From Auanema rhodensis (taxonomy: Eukaryota > Animalia > Nematoda): DNA of 64,000 nucleotides. Position numbers and translations under genes: made by a program. This document shows, one piece after another, positions 25,901 to 40,662 of the stretch (position 1 is its first letter; each line of letters begins with the position of its first letter). The notes under the pieces are model-generated. The model was not told the DNA's origin. It worked only from the letters and a program-made list of their open reading frames with translations, and made no database searches. The stretch spans positions 13,268,001 to 13,332,000 of the forward strand of contig OZ059900.1 in NCBI GenBank assembly GCA_964057225.1, written 5' to 3'.

Positions 25901-27386
25901 ATTTTGGAAAGCACACCATGAGTGTGCAATATTGAAAACTGTCTGTCTTAGTATGATTATATGACACTATAGATGCCAAAGCAAAACAAATTTGAATATG
26001 AACATGACGCGTCTTTTACATTATAGTTTGACCGGATAAAGCTTTGTATAGCTTTGTATAGCTTTGTACACTGATCACATATACGGCGATAGGCTAGAAC
26101 AGTTCATAAGTTTCCTGGATAGATTTGGTTTAATTACCCAAGTTAGAGGTAGTATCTCAATCTAACCAGAGAACTTCTGAGTTGGAAATACATTTTGGAA
26201 AGCACACCATGAGTGTGCAATATTAAAAACTGTCTGTCTTAGTATGATTATATGACACTATAGATGCCAAAGCAAAACAAATTTGAATATGAACATGACG
26301 CGTCTTTTACATTATAATTTGACGGGATAAAGCTTTGTATAGCTTTGTATAGCTTTGTACACTGATCACATATACGGCGATAGGCTAGAACAGTTCATAA
26401 GTTTACTGAATAGATATGGTTTAATTACCCAAGTTAGAGGTAGTATCTCAATCTAACCAGAGAACTTCTGAGTTGGAAATACATTTTGGAAAGCACACCA
26501 TGAGTGTGCAATATTGAAAACTGTCTGTCTTAGTATGATTATATGACACTATAGATGCCAAAGCAAAACAAATTTGAATATGAACATGACGCGTCTTTTA
26601 CATTATAGTTAGACCGGATAAAGCTTTGTATAGCTTTGTACACTGATCACATATACGGCGATAGGCTAGAACAGTTCATAAGTTTCCTGGATAGATTTGG
26701 TTTAATTACCCAAGTTAGAGGTAGTATCTCAATCTAACCAGAGATCTTCTGAGTTGGAAATACATTTTGGAAACCACACCATGAGTGTGCAATATTGGAA
26801 ACTGTCTGTCTTAGTATGATTATATGACACTATAGATGCCAAAGCAAAACAAATTTGAATATGAACATGACGCGTCTTTTACATTATAGTTTGACCGGAT
26901 AAAGCTTTGTATAGCTTTGTATAGCTTTGTACACTGATCACATATACGGCGATAGGCTAGAACAGTTCATAAGTTTCCTGGATAGATTTGGTTTAATTAC
27001 CCAAGTTAGAGGTAGTATCTCAATCTAACCAGAGAACTTCTGAGTTGGAAATACATTTTGGAAAGCACACCAGGAGTGTGCAATATTAAAAACTGTCTGT
27101 CTTAGTATGATTATATGACACTATAGATGCCAAAGCAAAACAAATTTGAATATGAACATGACGCGTCTTTCACATTATAGTTTGACCTGATAAAGCTTTG
27201 GATAGCTTTGTACACTGATCACATATACGGCGAGAGGCTAGAACAGTTTATAAGTTTCCTGAATTGATTTGGTTTAATTACCCAAGTTAGAGGTAGTATC
27301 TCAATCTAACCAGAGAACTTCTGAGTTGGAAATACATTTTGGAAAGCACACCATGAGTGTGCAATATTGAAAACTGTCTGTCTTAG
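13920..27386 (+). repeat. Degenerate higher-order repeat, core 12 monomers (3442 bp), about 3.5 copies
   Basis: The marker unit GAAGATG/CATTGTAG/GGATGAAG starts at 13920, 17362, 21667 and 25390. Each is followed by the same ordered series of marker units (TTAGACC, ATAATTTGACGG, TTTCAC/GAATTGAT). Confidence 0.85.
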
Positions 27387-30300
27387 TATGATTATATGAC
27401 ACTATAGATGCCAAAGCAAAACAAATTTGAATATGAACATGACGCGTCTTTTACATTATAGTTTGACCGGATAAAGCTTTGTATAGCTTTGTATAGCTTT
27501 GTACACTGATCACATATACGGCGATAGGCTATAACAGTTCATAAGTTTCCTGGATAGATTTGGTTTAATTACCCAAGTTAGAGGTAGTATCTCAATCTAA
27601 CCAGAGAACTTCTGAGTTGGAAATACATTTTGGAAAGCACACCATGAGTGTGCAATATTGAAAATTGTCTGTCTTAGTATGATTATATGACACTATAGAT
27701 GCCAAAGCAAAACAAATTTGAATATGAACATGACGCGTCTTTTACATTATAGTTTGACCTGATAAAGCTTTGTATAGCTTTGTATAGCTTTGTACACTGA
27801 TCACATATACGGCGATAGGCTAGAACAGTTCATAAGTTTCCTGGATAGATTTGGTTTAATTACCCAAGTTAGAGGTAGTATCTCAATCTAACCAGAGAAC
27901 TTCTGAGTTGGAAATACATTTTGGAAAGCACACCATGAGTGTGCAATATTAAAAACTGTCTGTCTTAGTATGATTATATGACACTATAGATGCCAAAGCA
28001 AAACAAATTTGAATATGAACATGACGCGTCTTTTACATTATAGTTTGACCTGATAAAGCTTTGTATAGCTTTGTATAGCTTTGTACACTGATCACATATA
28101 CGGCGAGAGGCTAGAACAGTTTATAAGTTTCCTGAATAGATTTGGTTTAATTACCCAAGTTAGAGGTAGTATCTCAATCTAACCAGAGAACTTCTGAGTT
28201 GGAAATACATTTTGGAAAGCACACCATGAGTGTGCAATATTGAAAATTGTCTGTCTTAGTATGATTATATGACACTATAGATGCCAAAGCAAAACAAATT
28301 TGAATATGAACATGACGCGTCTTTTACATTATAATTTGACCGGATAAAGCTTTGTATAGCTTTGTATAGCTTTGTACACTGATCACATATACGGCGATAG
28401 GCTAGGACAGTTTATAAGTATCCTGAATAGATTTGGTTTAATTACCCAAGTTAGAGGTAGTATCTCAATCTAACCAGAGAACTTCTGAGTTGGAAATACA
28501 TTTTGGAAAGCACACCATGAGTGTGCAATATTAAAAACTGTCTGTCTTAGTATGATTATATGACACTATAGATGCCAAAGCAAAACAAATTTGAATATGA
28601 ACATGACGCGTCTTTTACATTATAGTTTGACCTGATAAAGCTTTGTATAGCTTTGTATAGCTTTGTACACTGATCACATATACGGCGATAGGCTAGAACA
28701 GTTCATAAGTTTCCTGGATAGATTTGGTTTAATTACCCAAGTTAGAGGTAGTATCTCAATCTAACCAGAGAACTTCTGAGTTGGAAATACATTTTGGAAA
28801 GCACACCACGAGTGTGCAATATTGAAAACTGTCTGTCTTAATATGATTATATGACACTATAGATGCCAAAGCAAAACAAATTTGAATATGAACATGACGC
28901 GTCTTTTACATTATAGTTTGACCGGATAAAGCTTTGTATAGCTTTGTATAGCTTTGTACACTGATCACATATACGGCGATAGGCTAGAACAGTTCATAAG
29001 TTTCCTGAATAGATTTGGTTTAATTACCCAAGTTAGAGGTAGTATCTCAATCTAACCAGAGAACTTCTGAGTTGGAAATACATTTTGGAAAGCACACCAT
29101 GAGTGTGCAATATTAAAAACTGTCTGTCTTAGTATGATTATATGACACTATAGATGCCAAAGCAAAACAAATTTGAATATGAACATGACGCGTCTTTTAC
29201 ATTATAGTTTGACCTGATAAAGCTTTGTATAGCTTTGTATAGCTTTGTACACTGATCACATATACGGCGATAGGCTAGAACAGTTCATAAGTTTCCTGGA
29301 TAGATTTGGTTTAATTACCCAAGTTAGAGGTAGTATCTCAATCTAACCAGAGAACTTCTGAGTTGGAAATACATTTTGGAAAGCACACCATGAGTGTGCA
29401 ATATTAAAAACTGTCTGTCTTAGTATGATTATATGACACTATAGATGCCAAAGCAAAACAAATTTGAATATGAACATGACGCGTCTTTTACATTATAGTT
29501 TGACCTGATAAAGCTTTGTATAGCTTTGTATAGCTTTGTACACTGATCACATATACGGCGAGAGGCTAGAACAGTTTATAAGTTTCCTGAATAGATTTGG
29601 TTTAATTACCCAAGTTAGAGGTGGTATCTCAATCTAACCAGAGAACTTCTGAGTTGGAAATACATTTAAGAAAGCACACCATGCTTGTGCAATATTGAAA
29701 ATTGTCTGTCTTAGTATGATTATATGACACTATAGATGCCAAAGCAAAACAAATTTGAATATGAACATGACGCGTCTTTTACATTATAGTTTGACCGGAT
29801 AAAGCTTTGTATAGCTTTGTATAGCTTTGTACACTGATCACATATACGGCGATAGGCTATAACAGTTCATAAGTTTCCTGGATAGATTTGGTTTAATTAC
29901 CCAAGTTAGAGGTAGTATCTCAATCTAACCAGAGAACTTCTGAGTTGGAAATACATTTTGGAAAGCACACCATGAGTGTGCAATATTGAAAATTGTCTGT
30001 CTTAGTATGATTATATGACACTATAGATGCCAAAGCAAAACAAATTTGAATATGAACATGACGCGTCTTTTACATTATAGTTTGACCTGATAAAGCTTTG
30101 TATAGCTTTGTATAGCTTTGTACACTGATCACATATACGGCGATAGGCTAGAACAGTTCATAAGTTTCCTGGATAGATTTGGTTTAATTACCCAAGTTAG
30201 AGGTAGTATCTCAATCTAACCAGAGAACTTCTGAGTTGGAAATACATTTTGGAAAGCACACCATGAGTGTGCAATATTAAAAACTGTCTGTCTTAGTATG

Positions 30301-33300
30301 ATTATATGACACTATAGATGCCAAAGCAAAACAAATTTGAATATGAACATGACGCGTCTTTTACATTATAGTTTGACCTGATAAAGCTTTGTATAGCTTT
30401 GTATAGCTTTGTACACTGATCACATATACGGCGATAGGCTAGAACAGTTCATAAGTTTCCTGAATAGATTTGGTTTAATTACCCAAGTTAGAGGTAGTAT
30501 CTCAATCTAACCAGAGAACTTCTGAGTTGGAAATACATTTTGGAAAGCACACCATGAGTGTGCAATATTGAAAACTGTCTGTCTTAGTATGATTATATGA
30601 CACTATAGATGCCAAAGCAAAACAAATTTGAATATGAACATGACGCGTCTTTTACATTATAGTTTGACCGGATAAAGCTTTGTATAGCTTTGTATAGCTT
30701 TGTACACTGATCACATATACGGCGATAGGCTATAACAGTTCATAAGTTTCCTGGATAGATTTGGTTTAATTACCCAAGTTAGAGGTAGTATCTCAATCTA
30801 ACCAGAGAACTTCTGAGTTGGAAATACATTTTGGAAAGCACACCATGAGTGTGCAATATTGAAAATTGTCTGTCTTAGTATGATTATATGACACTATAGA
30901 TGCCAAAGCAAAACAAATTTGAATATGAACATGACGCGTCTTTTACATTATAGTTTGACCTGATAAAGCTTTGTATAGCTTTGTATAGCTTTGTACACTG
31001 ATCACATATACGGCGATAGGCTAGAACAGTTCATAAGTTTCCTGGATAGATTTGGTTTAATTACCCAAGTTAGAGGTAGTATCTCAATCTAACCAGAGAA
31101 CTTCTGAGTTGGAAATACATTTTGGAAAGCACACCATGAGTGTGCAATATTAAAAACTGTCTGTCTTAGTATGATTATATGACACTATAGATGCCAAAGC
31201 AAAACAAATTTGAATATGAACATGACGCGTCTTTTACATTATAGTTTGACCTGATAAAGCTTTGTATAGCTTTGTATAGCTTTGTACACTGATCACATAT
31301 ACGGCGAGAGGCTAGAACAGTTTATAAGTTTCCTGAATAGATTTGGTTTAATTACCCAAGTTAGAGGTAGTATCTCAATCTAACCAGAGAACTTCTGAGT
31401 TGGAAATACATTTTGGAAAGCACACCATGAGTGTGCAATATTGAAAATTGTCTGTCTTAGTATGATTATATGACACTATAGATGCCAAAGCAAAACAAAT
31501 TTGAATATGAACATGACGCGTCTTTTACATTATAATTTGACCGGATAAAGCTTTGTATAGCTTTGTATAGCTTTGTACACTGATCACATATACGGCGATA
31601 GGCTAGGACAGTTTATAAGTATCCTGAATAGATTTGGTTTAATTACCCAAGTTAGAGGTAGTATCTCAATCTAACCAGAGAACTTCTGAGTTGGAAATAC
31701 ATTTTGGAAAGCACACCATGAGTGTGCAATATTAAAAACTGTCTGTCTTAGTATGATTATATGACACTATAGATGCCAAAGCAAAACAAATTTGAATATG
31801 AACATGACGCGTCTTTTACATTATAGTTTGACCTGATAAAGCTTTGTATAGCTTTGTATAGCTTTGTACACTGATCACATATACGGCGATAGGCTAGAAC
31901 AGTTCATAAGTTTCCTGGATAGATTTGGTTTAATTACCCAAGTTAGAGGTAGTATCTCAATCTAACCAGAGAACTTCTGAGTTGGAAATACATTTTGGAA
32001 AGCACACCACGAGTGTGCAATATTGAAAACTGTCTGTCTTAATATGATTATATGACACTATAGATGCCAAAGCAAAACAAATTTGAATATGAACATGACG
32101 CGTCTTTTACATTATAGTTTGACCGGATAAAGCTTTGTATAGCTTTGTATAGCTTTGTACACTGATCACATATACGGCGATAGGCTAGAACAGTTCATAA
32201 GTTTCCTGAATAGATTTGGTTTAATTACCCAAGTTAGAGGTAGTATCTCAATCTAACCAGAGAACTTCTGAGTTGGAAATACATTTTGGAAAGCACACCA
32301 TGAGTGTGCAATATTAAAAACTGTCTGTCTTAGTATGATTATATGACACTATAGATGCCAAAGCAAAACAAATTTGAATATGAACATGACGCGTCTTTTA
32401 CATTATAGTTTGACCTGATAAAGCTTTGTATAGCTTTGTATAGCTTTGTACACTGATCACATATACGGCGATAGGCTAGAACAGTTCATAAGTTTCCTGG
32501 ATAGATTTGGTTTAATTACCCAAGTTAGAGGTAGTATCTCAATCTAACCAGAGAACTTCTGAGTTGGAAATACATTTTGGAAAGCACACCATGAGTGTGC
32601 AATATTAAAAACTGTCTGTCTTAGTATGATTATATGACACTATAGATGCCAAAGCAAAACAAATTTGAATATGAACATGACGCGTCTTTTACATTATAGT
32701 TTGACCTGATAAAGCTTTGTATAGCTTTGTATAGCTTTGTACACTGATCACATATACGGCGAGAGGCTAGAACAGTTTATAAGTTTCCTGAATAGATTTG
32801 GTTTAATTACCCAAGTTAGAGGTGGTATCTCAATCTAACCAGAGAACTTCTGAGTTGGAAATACATTTTGGAAAGCACACCATGAGTGTGCAATATTGAA
32901 AATTGTCTGTCTTAGTATGATTATATGACACTATAGATGCCAAAGCAAAACAAATTTGAATATGAACATGACGCGTCTTTTACATTATAATTTGACCGGA
33001 TAAAGCTTTGTATAGCTTTGTATAGCTTTGTACACTGATCACATATACGGCGATAGGCTAGGACAGTTTATAAGTTTCCTGAATAGATTTGGTTTAATTA
33101 CCCAAGTTAGAGGTAGTATCTCAATCTAACCAGAGAACTTCTGAGTTGGAAATACATTTTGGAAAGCACACCATGAGTGTGCAATATTAAAAACTGTCTG
33201 TCTTAGTATGATTATATGACACTATAGATGCCAAAGCAAAACAAATTTGAATATGAACATGACGCGTCTTTTACATTATAGTTTGACCTGATAAAGCTTT

Positions 33301-33788
33301 GTATAGCTTTGTATAGCTTTGTACACTGATCACATATACGGCGATAGGCTAGAACAGTTCATAAGTTTCCTGGATAGATTTGGTTTAATTACCCAAGTTA
33401 GAGGTAGTATCTCAATCTAACCAGAGAACTTCTGAGTTGGAAATACATTTTGGAAAGCACACCACGAGTGTGCAATATTGAAAACTGTCTGTCTTAGTAT
33501 GATTATATGACACTATAGATGCCAAAGCAAAACAAATTTGAATATGAACATGACGCGTCTTTTACATTATAGTTTGACCGGATAAAGCTTTGTATAGCTT
33601 TGTATAGCTTTGTACACTGATCACATATACGGCGATAGGCTAGAACAGTTCATAAGTTTCCTGGATAGATTTGGTTTAATTACCCAAGTTAGAGGTAGTA
33701 TCTCAATCTAACCAGAGAACTTCTGAGTTGGAAATACATTTTGGAAAGCACACCATGAGTGTGCAATATTGAAAACTGTCTGTCTTAG
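27387..33788 (+). repeat. Run of 22 consecutive 291-bp monomers containing an 8-unit block repeated at 3201-bp (11-unit) offset
   Basis: 6402 bp = 22x291. Markers GGCTATAAC, CTAGGAC/AGTATCC, CTTAATA and GGTGGTAT at 27387-29714 recur at 30588-32915. Confidence 0.88.
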
Positions 33789-36700
33789 TATGATTATATG
33801 ACACTATAGATGCCAAAGCAAAACAAATTTGAATATGAAGATGACGCGTCTTTTACATTGTAGTTTGACCGGATGAAGCTTTGTATAGCTTTGTACACTG
33901 ATCACATATACGGCGATAGGCTAGAACAGTTCATAAGTTTCCTGGATAGATTTGGTTTAATTACCCAAGTTAGAGGTAGTATCTCAATCTAACCAGAGAA
34001 CTTCTGAGTTGGAAATACATTTTGGAAAGCACACCATGAGTGTGCAATATTGAAAACTGTCTGTCTTAGTATGATTATATGACACTATAGATGCCAAAGC
34101 AAAACAAATTTGAATATGAACATGACGCGTCTTTTACATTATAGTTAGACCGGATAAAGCTTTGTATAGCTTTGTACACTGATCACATATACGGCGATAG
34201 GCTAGAACAGTTCATAAGTTTCCTGGATAGATTTGGTTTAATTACCCAAGTTAGAGGTAGTATCTCAATCTAACCAGAGAACTTCTGAGTTGGAAATACA
34301 TTTTGGAAAGCACACCATGAGTGTGCAATATTGAAAACTGTCTGTCTTAGTATGATTATATGACACTATAGATGCCAAAGCAAAACAAATTTGAATATGA
34401 ACATGACGCGTCTTTTACATTATAGTTTGACCGGATAAAGCTTTGTATAGCTTTGTATAGCTTTGTACACTGATCACATATACGGCGATAGGCTAGAACA
34501 GTTCATAAGTTTACTGAATAGATATGGTTTAATTACCCAAGTTAGAGGTAGTATCTCAATCTAACCAGAGAACTTCTGAGTTGGAAATACATTTTGGAAA
34601 GCACACCATGAGTGTGCAATATTGAAAACTGTCTGTCTTAGTATGATTATATGACACTATAGATGCCAAAGCAAAACAAATTTGAATATGAACATGACGC
34701 GTCTTTTACATTATAGTTTGACCGGATAAAGCTTTGTATAGCTTTGTATAGCTTTGTACACTGATCACATATACGGCGATAGGCTAGAACAGTTCATAAG
34801 TTTACTGAATAGATATGGTTTAATTACCCAAGTTAGAGGTAGTATCTCAATCTAACCAGAGAACTTCTGAGTTGGAAATACATTTTGGAAAGCACACCAT
34901 GAGTGTGCAATATTGAAAACTGTCTGTCTTAGTATGATTATATGACACTATAGATGCCAAAGCAAAACAAATTTGAATATGAACATGACGCGTCTTTTAC
35001 ATTATAGTTAGACCGGATAAAGCTTTGTATAGCTTTGTACACTGATCACATATACGGCGATAGGCTAGAACAGTTCATAAGTTTCCTGGATAGATTTGGT
35101 TTAATTACCCAAGTTAGAGGTAGTATCTCAATCTAACCAGAGAACTTCTGAGTTGGAAATACATTTTGGAAAGCACACCATGAGTGTGCAATATTGAAAA
35201 CTGTCTGTCTTAGTATGATTATATGACACTATAGATGCCAAAGCAAAACAAATTTGAATATGAACATGACGCGTCTTTTACATTATAGTTAGACCGGATA
35301 AAGCTTTGTATAGCTTTGTACACTGATCACATATACGGCGATAGGCTAGAACAGTTCATAAGTTTCCTGGATAGATTTGGTTTAATTACCCAAGTTAGAG
35401 GTAGTATCTCAATCTAACCAGAGAACTTCTGAGTTGGAAATACATTTTGGAAAGCACACCATGAGTGTGCAATATTGAAAACTGTCTGTCTTAGTATGAT
35501 TATATGACACTATAGATGCCAAAGCAAAACAAATTTGAATATGAACATGACGCGTCTTTTACATTATAGTTAGACCGGATAAAGCTTTGTATAGCTTTGT
35601 ACACTGATCACATATACGGCGATAGGCTAGAACAGTTCATAAGTTTCCTGGATAGATTTGGTTTAATTACCCAAGTTAGAGGTAGTATCTCAATCTAACC
35701 AGAGAACTTCTGAGTTGGAAATACATTTTGGAAAGCACACCATGAGTGTGCAATATTGAAAACTGTCTGTCTTAGTATGATTATATGACACTATAGATGC
35801 CAAAGCAAAACAAATTTGAATATGAACATGACGCGTCTTTTACATTATAGTTTGACCGGATAAAGCTTTGTATAGCTTTGTATAGCTTTGTACACTGATC
35901 ACATATACGGCGATAGGCTAGAACAGTTCATAAGTTTACTGAATAGATATGGTTTAATTACCCAAGTTAGAGGTAGTATCTCAATCTAACCAGAGAACTT
36001 CTGAGTTGGAAATACATTTTGGAAAGCACACCATGAGTGTGCAATATTGAAAACTGTCTGTCTTAGTATGATTATATGACACTATAGATGCCAAAGCAAA
36101 ACAAATTTGAATATGAACATGACGCGTCTTTTACATTATAGTTAGACCGGATAAAGCTTTGTATAGCTTTGTACACTGATCACATATACGGCGATAGGCT
36201 AGAACAGTTCATAAGTTTCCTGGATAGATTTGGTTTAATTACCCAAGTTAGAGGTAGTATCTCAATCTAACCAGAGAACTTCTGAGTTGGAAATACATTT
36301 TGGAAAGCACACCATGAGTGTGCAATATTGAAAACTGTCTGTCTTAGTATGATTATATGACACTATAGATGCCAAAGCAAAACAAATTTGAATATGAACA
36401 TGACGCGTCTTTTACATTATAGTTAGACCGGATAAAGCTTTGTATAGCTTTGTACACTGATCACATATACGGCGATAGGCTAGAACAGTTCATAAGTTTC
36501 CTGGATAGATTTGGTTTAATTACCCAAGTTAGAGGTAGTATCTCAATCTAACCAGAGAACTTCTGAGTTGGAAATACATTTTGGAAAGCACACCATGAGT
36601 GTGCAATATTGAAAACTGTCTGTCTTAGTATGATTATATGACACTATAGATGCCAAAGCAAAACAAATTTGAATATGAACATGACGCGTCTTTTACATTA

Positions 36701-39700
36701 TAGTTTGACCGGATAAAGCTTTGTATAGCTTTGTACACTGATCACATATACGGCGATAGGCTAGAACAGTTCATAAGTTTCCTGGATAGATTTGGTTTAA
36801 TTACCCAAGTTAGAGGTAGTATCTCAATCTAACCAGAGAACTTCTGAGTTGGAAATACATTTTGGAAAGCACACCATGAGTGTGCAATATTGAAAACTGT
36901 CTGTCTTAGTATGATTATATGACACTATAGATGCCAAAGCAAAACAAATTTGAATATGAACATGACGCGTCTTTTACATTATAGTTTGACCGGATAAAGC
37001 TTTGTATAGCTTTGTATAGCTTTGTACACTGATCACATATACGGCGATAGGCTAGAACAGTTCATAAGTTTACTGAATAGATATGGTTTAATTACCCAAG
37101 TTAGAGGTAGTATCTCAATCTAACCAGAGAACTTCTGAGTTGGAAATACATTTTGGAAAGCACACCATGAGTGTGCAATATTGAAAACTGTCTGTCTTAG
37201 TATGATTATATGACACTATAGATGCCAAAGCAAAACAAATTTGAATATGAACATGACGCGTCTTTTACATTATAGTTTGACCGGATAAAGCTTTGTATAG
37301 CTTTGTATAGCTTTGTACACTGATCACATATACGGCGATAGGCTAGAACAGTTCATAAGTTTACTGAATAGATATGGTTTAATTACCCAAGTTAGAGGTA
37401 GTATCTCAATCTAACCAGAGAACTTCTGAGTTGGAAATACATTTTGGAAAGCACACCATGAGTGTGCAATATTGAAAACTGTCTGTCTTAGTATGATTAT
37501 ATGACACTATAGATGCCAAAGCAAAACAAATTTGAATATGAACATGACGCGTCTTTTACATTATAGTTAGACCGGATAAAGCTTTGTATAGCTTTGTACA
37601 CTGATCACATATACGGCGATAGGCTAGAACAGTTCATAAGTTTCCTGGATAGATTTGGTTTAATTACCCAAGTTAGAGGTAGTATCTCAATCTAACCAGA
37701 GATCTTCTGAGTTGGAAATACATTTTGGAAACCACACCATGAGTGTGCAATATTGGAAACTGTCTGTCTTAGTATGATTATATGACACTATAGATGCCAA
37801 AGCAAAACAAATTTGAATATGAACATGACGCGTCTTTTACATTATAGTTTGACCGGATAAAGCTTTGTATAGCTTTGTATAGCTTTGTACACTGATCACA
37901 TATACGGCGATAGGCTAGAACAGTTCATAAGTTTCCTGGATAGATTTGGTTTAATTACCCAAGTTAGAGGTAGTATCTCAATCTAACCAGAGATCTTCTG
38001 AGTTGGAAATACATTTTGGAAACCACACCATGAGTGTGCAATATTGGAAACTGTCTGTCTTAGTATGATTATATGACACTATAGATGCCAAAGCAAAACA
38101 AATTTGAATATGAACATGACGCGTCTTTTACATTATAGTTTGACCGGATAAAGCTTTGTATAGCTTTGTATAGCTTTGTACACTGATCACATATACGGCG
38201 ATAGGCTAGAACAGTTCATAAGTTTCCTGGATAGATTTGGTTTAATTACCCAAGTTAGAGGTAGTATCTCAATCTAACCAGAGAACTTCTGAGTTGGAAA
38301 TACATTTTGGAAAGCACACCATGAGTGTGCAATATTGAAAACTGTCTGTCTTAGTATGATTATATGACACTATAGATGCCAAAGCAAAACAAATTTGAAT
38401 ATGAACATGACGCGTCTTTTACATTATAGTTAGACCGGATAAAGCTTTGTATAGCTTTGTACACTGATCACATATACGGCGATAGGCTAGAACAGTTCAT
38501 AAGTTTCCTGGATAGATTTGGTTTAATTACCCAAGTTAGAGGTAGTATCTCAATCTAACCAGAGAACTTCTGAGTTGGAAATACATTTTGGAAAGCACAC
38601 CATGAGTGTGCAATATTAAAAACTGTCTGTCTTAGTATGATTATATGACACTATAGATGCCAAAGCAAAACAAATTTGAATATGAACATGACGCGTCTTT
38701 TACATTATAGTTTGACCGGATAAAGCTTTGTATAGCTTTGTATAGCTTTGTACACTGATCACATATACGGCGATAGGCTATAACAGTTCATAAGTTTCCT
38801 GGATAGATTTGGTTTAATTACCCAAGTTAGAGGTAGTATCTCAATCTAACCAGAGAACTTCTGAGTTGGAAATACATTTTGGAAAGCACACCATCAGTGT
38901 GCAATATTGAAAACTGTCTCTCTTAGTATGATTATATGACACTATAGATGCCAAAGCAAAACAAATTTGAATATGAACATGACGCGTCTTTTACATTATA
39001 GTTAGACCGGATAAAGCTTTGTATAGCTTTGTACACTGATCACATATACGGCGATAGGCTAGAACAGTTCATAAGTTTCCTGGATAGATTTGGTTTAATT
39101 ACCCAAGTTAGAGGTAGTATCTCAATCTAACCAGAGAACTTCTGAGTTGGAAATACATTTTGGAAAGCACACCATGAGTGTGCAATATTAAAAACTGTCT
39201 GTCTTAGTATGATTATATGACACTATAGATGCCAAAGCAAAACAAATTTGAATATGAACATGACGCGTCTTTTACATTATAGTTTGACCGGATAAAGCTT
39301 TGTATAGCTTTGTATAGCTTTGTACACTGATCACATATACGGCGATAGGCTATAACAGTTCATAAGTTTCCTGGATAGATTTGGTTTAATTACCCAAGTT
39401 AGAGGTAGTATCTCAATCTAACCAGAGAACTTCTGAGTTGGAAATACATTTTGGAAAGCACACCATCAGTGTGCAATATTGAAAACTGTCTCTCTTAGTA
39501 TGATTATATGACACTATAGATGCCAAAGCAAAACAAATTTGAATATGAACATGACGCGTCTTTTACATTATAGTTTGACCTGATAAAGCTTTGTATAGCT
39601 TTGTATAGCTTTGTACACTGATCACATATACGGCGAGAGGCTAGAACAGTTTATAAGTTTCCTGAATAGATTTGGTTTAATTACCCAAGTTAGAGGTAGT

Positions 39701-40662
39701 ATCTCAATCTAACCAGAGAACTTCTGAGTTGGAAATACATTTTGGAAAGCACACCATGAGTGTGCAATATTGAAAATTGTCTGTCTTAGTATGATTATAT
39801 GACACTATAGATGCCAAAGCAAAACAAATTTGAATATGAACATGACGCGTCTTTTACATTATAATTTGACCGGATAAAGCTTTGTATAGCTTTGTATAGC
39901 TTTGTACACTGATCACATATACGGCGATAGGCTAGGACAGTTTATAAGTATCCTGAATAGATTTGGTTTAATTACCCAAGTTAGAGGTAGTATCTCAATC
40001 TAACCAGAGAACTTCTGAGTTGGAAATACATTTTGGAAAGCACACCATCAGTGTGCAATATTGAAAACTGTCTCTCTTAGTATGATTATATGACACTATA
40101 GATGCCAAAGCAAAACAAATTTGAATATGAACATGACGCGTCTTTTACATTATAGTTTGACCGGATAAAGCTTTGTATAGCTTTGTATAGCTTTGTACAC
40201 TGATCACATATACGGCGATAGGCTATAACAGTTCATAAGTTTCCTGGATAGATTTGGTTTAATTACCCAAGTTAGAGGTAGTATCTCAATCTAACCAGAG
40301 AACTTCTGAGTTGGAAATACATTTTGGAAAGCACACCATCAGTGTGCAATATTGAAAACTGTCTCTCTTAGTATGATTATATAACACTATAGATGCCAAA
40401 ACATAACAAATTTGAATATGAACATGACGCGTCTTTTACATTATAGTTTGACTTGTTAAAGCTTTGTATAGCTTTGTATAGCTTTGTACACTGATCACAT
40501 ATACGGCGATAGGCTAGAACAGTTCATAAGTTTCCTGGATAGATTTGGTTTAATTACCCAAGTTAGAGGTAGTATCTCAATCTAACCAGAGAACTTCTGA
40601 GTTGGAAATACATTTTGGAAAGCACACCACGAGTGTGCAATATTGAAAACTGTCTGTCTTAA

